DNA of 64,000 bases. Source: Takakia lepidozioides. Lineage: Eukaryota > Plantae > Bryophyta. The position numbers and the translations under genes were made by a program. The notes under the pieces are model-generated. The model saw only the letters and a list, made by a program, of their open reading frames with translations, had not been told where the DNA came from and searched no databases. The first letter of the stretch is position 1. Each line of letters opens with the position of its first letter. This document shows, piece after piece, positions 52,042-62,968 of this stretch. The stretch covers positions 7,130,001 to 7,194,000 of the forward strand of contig CM060732.1 of NCBI GenBank assembly GCA_030704615.1, read 5' to 3'.

Positions 52042-52611
52042 ATGTCGTGCCGTCGAAATCCTGCAGACTGCCCTTATCATGGCCACGATTATGCTATGTT
52101 CAAACCAGAATCAGGAGACATCATTGTCTGGCTCTCTGTTTTCACAGACGCTTCTGGAATCAAGCGGGAGTCTTTGCGCGCAATGGAGTATTTGGAGGGC
52201 TATTACCGCTTTGAGCGAGGTGAGGGCGAGGGTCAATGCAGTCCGTGGGTCTTGAAAATTGTTGACCTCGATATACCAAGGTGGGTTGGGATGCCGGACA
52301 GATCACGCACGGCCTCCCTTTGGCGCTGCCAGTGGACCAGGGAGGACGGCACCGGGGAAAACTATATTCGTAGAGTTCACTCCGCTCTTCCAGTGTATGG
52401 AGACATTCGGCTGAGTTGCGAAGACGAATCGCACGGGCACATGAGGCCCACAGTGATCTTGTCAATGTATGGTGGTGGTATGATTGATGGGTATGACATT
52501 GTCGTCAGCTCCACCAAGGGCACCAGATCGACCGCATTGCAGTTTACCTCGAGGTGCCGCATCAGTAATGAGCTTGTTTTGAGGGCTATCGAAGTTCCGT
52601 CGACTTGGTGA
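52042..52611 (+). CDS. Unknown 189-aa protein, paralog B, open frame
   Basis: Protein-level similarity to the divergent copy supports coding origin. No family recognised. Confidence 0.65.
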   Translation: MSCRRNPADCPYHGHDYAMFKPESGDIIVWLSVFTDASGIKRESLRAMEYLEGYYRFERGEGEGQCSPWVLKIVDLDIPRWVGMPDRSRTASLWRCQWTREDGTGENYIRRVHSALPVYGDIRLSCEDESHGHMRPTVILSMYGGGMIDGYDIVVSSTKGTRSTALQFTSRCRISNELVLRAIEVPSTW

Positions 52612-52887
52612 CGCCCATGTAGAAGGAGGAAGGGCTTAGATTTGTCTGGAGTTGCTAAATGTGAGACACCGTGTTCGATCAATAAAACAATCCATCGTAC
52701 CTCACTTCTATGTGCTTGTGTTTCATTGTGTTCAAGAACTGCCGTAATTGGCCCACTCTTTACAATTTGTGGTCTCATTTCTACAATGTGTCTGTCCATA
52801 TGAATATACCAGAGTCAGCGATAGCAGAGTCCTGAGGTGAAGGAAATCCATGTATGAGTAAAAAGAAACATGTATATGCCGAAGCTT

Positions 52888-53949
52888 GGAAATTCGGCAC
52901 CGCATTTCATTTTTCTCCAGGCAGCGATTTCTGGCAGCTCCCTTTTCTCCGTTGTGGTCGTAACGGAAATGTTGTACCGCATTTTATTTCTTGACATGGC
53001 ATTATCATACTTCGAATTGGAAATGCGGCACCGCATTTCCATATTGGACCTTGAATTGTCCAAGCATGTCCAATCGCTAATGCTTGTCCATGTTCATACT
53101 GGAAATGCGGCACCGCATTTCTATGTCCGTCATCGAAATTTCGTACCGGACAATGGAATGCGGCACCGCATTTCCGGAGAGCACAATGGAATGCGGTGCC
53201 GCATTTCCGTCGAAGGGTCTGGAATTGGGCAAACAACGATGTCCGTTCTGAAAATGCGGCACCGCATTTCCATGTCCGTCATCAAAATTTCGTGGAATGC
53301 GGTGCCGCATTTCCGTCCAACAAGACAGAATGCCCACACGGGTCTAGAATTGGACAAACAACGATGTCTGTTTTGGAAATGCAGCACCTCATTTCCATGT
53401 TTGGCAATCGAAAGTTCTTATTGGACAATGTAATGCGGTGCCGCGTTTCCGTCCAGCACGATGGAATGCGGTGCCGCATTTCCGTCAAAGGGTCTCGAAT
53501 TGGACAAACAACGATGTCCGTTTTGGAAATGCGGCGCCGCATTTCCATGTACGTCATCGAAATTTCTTATTGGACAATGGAATGCGGTGCCGCATTCCCG
53601 TCTAGCATCATGGAATGGGGAGCCGTATTTCCGTCGATGGGTCTGCTGTTGGAAAAACATCCATCTCCAAAATGTAAATGCGGCACCGCATTTCCATGTT
53701 CGACCTGCGCATGCGGGGTGGCATATCCATTTACCTCCATGGAAGGAGCTGGCAATCGGCAAAACTGCCGTGTCGAGAACGGAAATGCGGCACCGCATTT
53801 CCGTTCGGCCGAACAGTTTCTGATGTCCAAACCATGAAACGGAAAATTGTTCTTGCCCCGGTTTTGGAAATGCGGTGCCGCATTTCCAAAGGAGGTTTTT
53901 GCAGTTGCCACATTTCCGTTCCGACATGGAAATGCGGTGCCGCATTTCC
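52888..53949. repeat. Array of about 18 hairpin palindromes GGAAATGCGG-CA/TG-CCGCATTTCC
   Basis: Copies near 52888, 53019, 53101, 53155, 53188, 53250, 53294, 53375, 53430, 53463, 53525, 53579, 53674, 53781, 53866, 53928 plus degenerate ones. Spacers recur with ~150-bp period. Confidence 0.93.
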
Positions 53950-54751
53950 GATTTTGGGAGGGACGTGGTTTGGACGATGTTGTCGTTGAGAAGCACATGG
54001 GAGAGGGGACATGAAGGACGGGGAGAATTTTCTTTATATACTCTGGAAGAGAATTTAAATGTACAGAGAGTTCATTAAAATTCTATTAATCTTGAAAATC
54101 ATCACTATCGTCGTCATGTCCTTGACTGTCCTGCTCCGCCTCCACCCCGTCATTGCATTTCTCATCTCCAGCGGACTGCTCGTTGGCCAGGCTTTCGAAA
54201 ATCCCATCTTCCCCTTGCGGAACCGACCATCTCACGTCCGTTGGTTCGTCGTCCTCCCTGTCGCTGAATCACATATGAACTTTCGCACCCGTCTACCTGT
54301 CTCAGTTGTTGCCAACTCGTTCCTTATCCTTCTGTCCTCCCTAGCCCTCTCCAAAATCTGCTCTATTTTACTGGGATTCTCACATCGTCTAATCGCTATA
54401 TTTGCGAGTTTAGCTGTATAACTAGGAAGGGAGTAGTCCTTCACCGGGCTCGTCATGAAGTCGGCCCTCGCAAAGAACGGGACATTCTTCCTGGCAGGAA
54501 GTGTAGGCCCTACATGTTTTGACCCAGATCCTGGAATCCTGCACATAATAATCACCAACGAGACCAATGAGAACCACAGTCCAGAAATGCGTTTGACACA
54601 CATGGCTTCACAAGGCCACTTACTGGAGCCAGGTATGATGTCCTTTGTTGTGTCACTTTCTTTTCGCTTTTTTTGTCCTTCTCTTTCCATTGGCTGTTAC
54701 ATTGGCTGTGATTGTTTTTTGGTTCATTCTTGCATTTGAATTGTTTTGTAG

Positions 54752-55918
54752 TTGGAAGAAAGGGCCCGGTCAGTTCTACATACTCAGCTGGCTGACTATG
54801 GCATCACCATGACAATACCAAAGGTCTCATTCCAAGCATACATGAGGAAATGGAGAGCCACAGTGTGGCAATCTTGTTTCTTTAGAGAGTTCAGCAAGGA
54901 GGGTGGCATCAGTCGAACAAATGAGCTTGTCCAGCAAGAGAAAGGAGAGGAAGCCTGGAAACGATGCCTTTACAGGTGCGAAATGGGCTGTGCTTCTTTG
55001 TTTTGCAAATACACACTCTCCTCCATCCAACATGTTTTGGGCAGCCTCATATGAGTTTCCGTTGCCGCACACTCATTTGTTCTATCCCTGTGTAGTAACA
55101 CCAAGGTGCACACCTTGGGCCTTTCAGGCTATTTTGTGTGCGGTGGTTGCAATGTACTGTGCCGCATACTGTTTTAGGGGGTCTCTCCTGGTGTGATGGT
55201 AAAGCTGAGAGACAATAATTGCATTGCATAATGAGGCTGTCTCTGTTCCTGCAGGTACATAAAGTTTGTTCTCATGGAAGAGAACTGCTTGGACAAACAT
55301 CCTGATTTTGTGGACCTTTGGCTTGTCCCTACTGGCAACCAGACCATGTTTACTACTGGGATCTTGCATGACTGGGGCCCAGACCATCTTTCTGCTTGTG
55401 GTTGGTATTTGGATTGCCCTCCTTCTAAGACCCCAGCTCAGGAGGTGTCTTTGAGGAGAGAGAATGAGCGTATAGCAGCCACTGCCGCAGTAGCCGACCT
55501 CGACATTCATGATAGAAATTTGAGGATTCTTGCAGAGAAGGAGCCTCCCACTCAGGATACCCCGGGTAGAGGTAGAAAGGCAAAGGGAAAAGATGTTGCT
55601 GGTGGTGTGGGGAAAGGAAGGGGTAGGGGGAAGGGGGCACAAGGGCAGGTAGGTGGGCAGGGAAGTGTTGCAGATACTGGCCCTGTGGTGCATGTCCAGC
55701 AAACTCCGCCGCATGGTAGGGGATCCGGGAGAAAGAACAAGGGGGTGGTTCATCCCAAGGACCCGTACCATGCAGTGGAGCATCCCACGAGGGTCATTCG
55801 CCCTACCAGGTTGGAGATGGCCAACGTCGGGTTCCTTGCCATGATGGAGTCCAAGAAATCTGATTACAAGGGCGAACCATCACCAGTGTGGGAGAGGATT
55901 GTGGAGTTCCTCGGCACG
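54752..55918 (+). pseudogene. ParB-MTase gene family copy 2 (two central exons, intron 54976-55254)
   Basis: AYMRKWR..CFFREFSKEG and GWYLDCPP..LAEKEP..MMESKK..PSPVW match 58400-60250 with identical intron positions. Confidence 0.85.
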
Positions 55919-56047
55919 GTGCGTGTTGTCTTAGACATTTTTACAGGTTCTGTGGGGTACCCTTAATTTTTGCATAGACTTACGGATGGTAGACTGACAC
56001 CAACATGAGCCTTAGGGGTGGCAGGCGCAGGCTTTAGGGGGGGTTAG

Positions 56048-56196
56048 ACAGCCCGACACAGCTTCGCACAGCTAGTCACAGCCCGTCACAGTCTATCACA
56101 GCTTCGCACAGCCAGTCACAGCCCGACACAGCTTTACATAGCCAGTCACAGCTCAGCATAGTCACAGCTTGGCAGAGCTTGACACAGCCTGTCACA
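56048..56196. repeat. 10-bp period minisatellite (consensus about CYNGWCACAG), about 14 units
   Basis: cccgacacag cttcgcacag ctagtcacag cccgtcacag ... read directly. Confidence 0.85.
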
Positions 56197-57269
56197 ACGT
56201 ACATGGGGAACAGTTATCATTGACAGGGAACGACTGTGTGGGAACGGGTTACTTCAGGGGTGACGGTTAGTTAGTTAGGTGGTTAGAACAGCTTGCAGGT
56301 AGATTAGGCAGGGCGGCAACAGGAAGGGGATCATTTCTTGAGGAGCGCGACTTGTTCAGGGGAGGAGGAGACGTAACGGAGAGTGGAACAGTGAAGAGGA
56401 GATGATGACTTGATTGAGGCTTAATTCATGCAAGCTGTAAAATCATATAGTAGGGTAGATTAGGGACACCATGGCGTAGGCCTGATACTTGATTAATCTT
56501 AATCTGATACTTATTCGATACAAACATACTGTGTAGAGAGACATGAGAGAAGATGTGGAATGAATGCATGATTAATTGGAACTTAGTAGATACTGAAACA
56601 ATCTGATGCTTCAGTAAATACAATAAGGTAAATTGATAACATGAAGGCAAGAAGGAATACAAATAGGAAGCACAACCATGATTCACTAGTTGTAGGACAT
56701 GACTGATTGTTCTGAACGGGCTGAGTGCTTAGAGATATCCAACTCTTCTATCTTGGAGTTTCCACCTCGGATAGCGAAGGGATGGGTGAGTAAAAGCCGC
56801 TCGACATTTGGCGACCATACTGGGGATCTGAGTCATGAACAACCAGATGTGACAGGCATCTGGTGGGATCATGGTGGTTGGAGAATTAAAGAATTTGATG
56901 TGAATCAAATTCCGTGTGGAACTGAGAAGGAAAGATTGTCCAAACAATTCTTTCAGAGGTTCTTGGAATTGCCAGACGGTTGTAAAGAAAACATTATTAA
57001 GAGAGTGCATGATGCTGACCCTGAGTGGGGTCTGGAGAAAGGAGTGATAAAGATTTATCAGGTGGCGCGTGAAGTGCCAGTGCTTCGGCATAAACAAGAA
57101 GCAGAAAATTGGAAAGGGGGCTGTCGAAAATAGACTCGCCAGAAATGACTGTATCTTTTGAAGATCCACCGCTGCCTTTCCTGAAAGACAACCTGAAAAA
57201 GTTATTACTGTAACTTTGATGTTATTGAGAAATTGAGTATGGCTCCCAAAGAGGGTTTAACACTTACTC

Positions 57270-60200
57270 ACATGAAGGGGGAGGAGCACTGTGTTGTAGA
57301 GGTCAGAATCACCCTCCATGCCAAAAAGGCTTCTTCCGCCTGCCTTGCATGCATGGTAAGTTGCTCCTGCACCACACAGGAGGACATGAACAGTTTGGTG
57401 GGGAGGATTTAAGCAAATGAAACTGTTGAAAGAAAACCAATTCGGAAGGGAAAGAACGAACATGTGGACACAGAAAGATCGACCACCCATGCAGAGTGGT
57501 GGCTGCATGACTCCAGCAGTATTTGCATGAACGCTGGGGACTTTTCTTTTGCACCTCTCCAGGGAGTGCCATCTGGTCTCTTCAGAGTCTGACTGGACTG
57601 CATGAAGTTGGGCTGTGTCATCGATATGGGGCTCATAGGGGGGGTTGACGAAACAACCCTGGTCAGAAATCTCAAAGCTGCGGATGGAGGATGGTGTCTT
57701 AGAGGTGTGAATCCTGCACAGGCAGATCGCCTCGAACATCCTCGTCTGCCAAAGATAGCAGGTTAGTGTGGTAAACACAATCTATAGTGGAAGTGTGTAC
57801 ATCGGCTATCCAGAACTCAGACACAAAAAAATCATTTTTATCACGAATCGGTGATGATTGATGTCGATCATAACAGATTTTACTAGAGTGGAGCTGCAGA
57901 GAACATTGAAACTCATCATGAAAGCAAAAGCAGAAGGGAGACGACATACCAGCTGACCAGGGAAACCCCCTTTCACAAGGTAGAGGCTGTTCACACAATT
58001 CCATGTGCGCAAAACTTCAAACCCTGAAGACTTGAGGTATGATGCCAATGCCCGACGACTATCATTGTCACATGACTGAAAAAAGCAGAAGTGTCCCTGC
58101 ATCAGAGAGGAAGTTATTACAGAACCCGAACACCCAACTCTAGTAGTTGTCCTCGAATTTGTTCCAGCCTGGCGTCTTGGCCCTTTGGAAGAACTTCTGG
58201 CACAGCCTGGCCATCCGGGATGTCGAGAATGACAATGTCGGCCGCATATGTTTTCTGCACACCGCACACAAAGGTGGGACATGTGCTCACCTGCAACAGA
58301 CATGTTTTTTATAAGAACGATGGCAAAAATGTTTTCAAAGAACGAGACTGAAATATTGCCAACGAAACTTTCAGAGAAAAAGGAAATAAACTGGAATTCT
58401 CACCAGATTGAGGAATGAGATTATATTGTCCCAGGTAGGCGAAGGCACCCTAGTGTATCCTCTCTTTCGACTCTGCATCATCGACAGCCAACCCTCATTA
58501 ACAATTTTCATCTCTCCTGCCGAATCAGAACGGGAAGGGTGTGGCTTGGCATCGAACACGCACTGAACAGTGCGGGTATATCTTCCAGCAGTAAAGTCCT
58601 GCCCACTCTCCATCTCCTTTTCTTTCTCCTTCCCCTTGTCTTTTTTCTTCTCTTTGAACTTGTCTTTGTCCTTTGGCTTTGCTGGTGAGATGGCTATGAC
58701 ATCAACAGCCTTGTCTTTTGGTTTGCGGCCCGCCTTCTTTCCCTTATGCGGCGTTCCCTGAGCATCAGGCTCCTTGGCAGCCAATGTTGCTATGTTTCGT
58801 TGGTACTCTTCGTCAGTCAAAGGCGTCAGCATCTCAGCGTTATTGTTCAAGTATTTCATATGCTGTTCTTGAAAGGTCGTGTGCTCCGGTGGGCAGTCAA
58901 GGTACCACCCACAGTCTCTGAAGTGAGAAGGACTCCAGTCCTTCAATATCCCTGCAGTATACATGGTTGGATCGTTTGCAGGGTCAGACCACATGTCAAG
59001 ATAGTTTGGAATTCCGCTCAGGTGATTTCCTTCCATAAGCACATATTTCGTGTACCTGAAAAATAGGAGATAAATCCCAACCTACCAAAGCGCTCAGTGA
59101 GTAAGATGCAAGTAGAACAGAATGAAAAAAACATAGAATGAAATGGCTCTGAGAACTGCTCCAAGGACCTTTCAGGGCCACACGACTGCTCCGGATGTGA
59201 ATGTCGTCAACGCCATTCAAAAAATTCCATTCAATGATATTGTAAATACACCCTAATCCACGTGAATGCAAACTATCGTTTTGGAATGACACAGACATAG
59301 AAGTGAATGTCGTCAACGACATTCACTTTGGATTTGTGAATACACTCCTAATCAAGCCTAATTATTCCTCAAATGAAGCAAAATCAAAGGATGGAAATCA
59401 TAAACTCGAGTAAGGAACCCTCCCGGAAAACTCAATGCACATTCATAACGAACATATCACTGAGGACCTCACAACAACACTATATGTGAATGACGTCAAC
59501 GCCATTCACAAAAATACCAACAAGGAACCAATTACTTAGCTCCCAATCCATATTCAAATTGTCGCTGGTGAATAATACAGACACAGAAGTGAATGTCGTC
59601 AACGACATTCACTTTGGATTTCTCATCACACAGCTTATCAAGCCTCCAGATTCCTCGCAAGAGGCAAAAACAATGCAGAACAACTGAATTTCTGCATTGA
59701 AATTCAGCAAAATGAAGTGAGGAACCCTCACTGTAAACTCTATGGACATTACAAAAATTTACATAACTCTGAGGACCTCTCAACAACCCCGGATGTGAAT
59801 GTCGTCAATGCCATTTAAGGACATTATCAATTCTAATCAGGGACACTATAATTATACCCTTAGATCCTAACCATGTGAATTCATATACTCGCTTAAGAAT
59901 GACTCAGACAAAGAAGTGTATGTCGTCAACGACATTCAATCTGGATCTATGATTGCAATCCTTATGAAGCCACATTTTTTCCCAAAAAAAACAGTAGAGT
60001 TTCCAGTATGACATTGCACCTGTACACAACTCGCATCATGGCCCACTCTCCTCCAACCTGACTGTCAAAGTCGTTGGACCGTAAAATGTTACCATCTTTG
60101 GAGAACTCCCGGAAAAAACAGTATCTCCAGGTGAGACCTCTCCACTTCCTTATGTATGCCTCCAATGACATTTGGGGAGGGGAAACAATCGAAATGTTCA

Positions 60201-62395
60201 GGTCCTTCAAAGTCTGATCCAACACAATGATGGCGTGCTTTTCGAGCTGCAAATTGTATATTTGTCAGAATTGCAAATAAGGTACTCATCACATACTTGA
60301 AGAAAAGAAAACGGCATATTTGAATACACACTTGACTCCAAAATGTAGCCTTGTGGAGCCAGTTATCAAACACCAAATCACTGATTCCTTTCACCTTTGT
60401 GCCAGGCTGTATGGTGCTCTTTGGGAACTGATTCAAGTCCTTTACTGTTTGATCTGAGTTCCATATCTCCAGCCATCTTATTTTTGTCTGTGGGTCGACC
60501 ATCGATATGGCCAGCCGGTGCAATTTCTCCTGCTGCATCTCCGAATGCACATGCTTGTCATAGTGTGTTTTGATCTGCTGAAGGAACTCAGAACCAAGTC
60601 CAGGATCTACTATTCTAAGCTGCTTTCCGAAGGCGGACATCAATTTGGTTCTTCGCATTTCAAACTCCTTCTTTATTGCAGCTTCCACACCCTTTGATGT
60701 CCTTAGTTCCTCTGGTGTAGTGCGGTAATATTTGGATTTTCCCTTCTCAGCTGCCTCTTTCAGTTCTTGCTGCATTGATTCAAGTAGTGATTAGCACCGA
60801 AGGGACTACAAACATGTATTCGAAAAGTAAACTGAGTACAGACTCGGACTTACCGCATACATGTACTCCATAAACGCCTCTCGTGTCAAAGAATACCAAG
60901 TGCCTGCAGCTCTTCCTGTTTCGCACTTCTTGATTATATTGGGTGGGAGTACTGTCCGAAAATCATCCAGCTTCATCAGACCAATCCTCTGAATTCGGAA
61001 TAGTGTGTGGACCAAGCTTGTTGTCACATGCAATTTCTCTGTCGATCTGCAAAAACATTGGAAACATTGCATTCCTTAACATTGTTTTTTGGGGATTAAT
61101 AAGACACTACAGAGGGAATGAAATCTCCTGGATGACTTACTTGTTCACGTCGTGCATAGCTGTAAGAAGCCTAGCGATGTCGTTTCCAGGATCCAAAACC
61201 ATTGCCTCCACAGCAACACGCTTGTCTTTGTCTTTCGCATGGTGTTTTTGAATGTATCCCATCCATGCCAGCAATCGGTGGTTGCCGTCCCAGACGTAGA
61301 ACATGTGGTTGCAGAATTGCTGGGTGTTCTTTCCCATCATGAGGCCCAGCTCGAACTCCTCATTGGCATCTTTCCAGCACTCATCCCAGTTATCACTGAT
61401 CTCTGGAGACACTAATGTGTTTTTCCCATTTATATCCGTCAGTGACACATAAAAAACTTGTGCACCAAGTCTATATCCATGCACAAAATCACTCTCCAAT
61501 TTTGTTATGTCATGGGAAAGAGGTGGACGCACAACAGGCATAGATATCATCCGGCACAGAGGGATGTCCAGACGCCCTCCAGATACGAGCATGTCCCTTA
61601 TAACCTCCTGGGAGTTTACCTTTTGGAATGACATGAGTTCTTTCACCTTGTCAAGGTAGTGCACTTCAGATTCATCTGCTTCATCTGTATTCTCAGAGCT
61701 TTTTCCGGACTCGTCCCCATCTCCAGATCCTTTCCCCTCTGATCCTGTAGGCTTGGACCTCACAATTTTCTGCACGATGTCATTCAATTCTGACTGAGTA
61801 ATTTGCAAATAGTGAACGGCGGTAACGACCATCACTCTGTCTCCAAGAAACTCACTATGAATGGTGTGAAACAATTCAGCACAATCTACACAAGCAAAGC
61901 TGATCCTGCCGTATTCAAAACAAAAGCGAGAGCGATAGTGAGCGGCGTTAACGACAATCACAAAAGATAAGGACCTGCCGGATCGGTGTTGTGTAATGAC
62001 ATCTATGTGTAAGTGATTGGCGGCAACGACATTCAGTATAGTTTAGGGCGGACAGTAAGTGCAGATTATTCAGATTGACTCCATTGTGATTACCGTCGCC
62101 AGCATGGGAAGATGAAGGACTGCTTGAAAGGCAATCAAATAGACTGTATGATCTGAACAATGATGATTGACGGTACCGTCAGTCACCCACTCATTGTGCG
62201 ATAAACCCTTAGCAGAGGAGTAGAAAGTAAATCACCGTTGTGATGGTCGGTAGCGACAATCCCTGTCTGGGACATTCCACTCAATCTCTACGCAGATCTT
62301 CAACAATGAAATGTAAGTTAGAGAAAACTTACTGGCGCCTTCTTAGGTTTTGAAATTGGATCCCCTTCTGCAGCTTTCCTCTTCCCTCTCACATC
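57270..62395 (-). pseudogene. Multi-exon gene: ParB/Srx-like N-terminal domain + beta-class N4C/N6A DNA methyltransferase-like C-terminal domain (copy 3, near complete, several lesions)
   Basis: ParB-like: IPLCRMISMPVVRP..KLESDFVHGY..FYVWDGNHRLLAW. MTase fold: ADIVILDIPDG, FLSDAGTLLLF, GFEVLRTW, TRMFEAICL, WRGAKEKSPAFMQILLES..VVDLSVST/xATYHACKAGGRSLFGMEGD. GT-AG introns identifiable. Gene ends approximate. Confidence 0.75.
59195..59940. repeat. Intronic tandem repeat (~290-310 bp unit) carrying six GTGAATGTCGT-CA-ACGACATTCAC palindromes
   Basis: Copies near 59197, 59303, 59486, 59589, 59795, 59916. Confidence 0.9.
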
Positions 62396-62968
62396 TGCTA
62401 GAATTTATGTCTGCTCTAGGGTTTCTGGACTTTCTCCCGGTTCGGCGTTCCTCGTGCTTCCACCTCCTTCAGTGTCACTGCACATGCCAGCAATTGGTGT
62501 ACAGCTGTTTGTATTCAGTTATGGATGTCTGACGTGTGTCGCACAAAATAAACGGCGTGTTCTTTATTAGAACGGTTTCAATATTTAAAAATAACAGCGA
62601 ATCCCAGAAATCTTGGCGCACAGTCTTACACAAATAAATGTAAATGAACGAGAGTTTGATGACAAATTTTGGAATATCATACACGGTCATCCTTGTTAGC
62701 CAAACCCCACATTCGTTTCACATTTGGAACTTTCCAGGTGCGCATGATCATTGGTAGTAGTATAAAGATACATTTACTTAATCTGCAATCCCATCCTCAG
62801 ATCCTGTGGCATGCTTCCAGGAAGTCGGCTTTGTTATTGGGTTTATTGATGAGGTTCTGATTAACGGTTTAACAGCTGCCGACACTGCTCCTAGGGATAC
62901 TCTGACCACTGGGCCCACAAGAAAAGTAATTAAAATGGACGGCTGCATATCTGGAAAGAATAACATAA

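Noticed and set aside
52888-53949. CRISPR array
   Set aside because: Spacers are repetitive and variable in length, repeats switch orientation, there are no cas genes, and the context is eukaryotic.
52815-54078. Many overlapping ORFs with MRHRIS/CGAAF/NAAPHF motifs
   Set aside because: Translations of the palindrome array on both strands, not proteins.
57630-57650. NPPY (FVNPPYEP) as the catalytic motif of the amino-MTase
   Set aside because: It falls in the variable region between motif VIII-like and motif X-like segments. The structurally expected motif IV position holds DIPD. Probably coincidental unless homologues conserve it.
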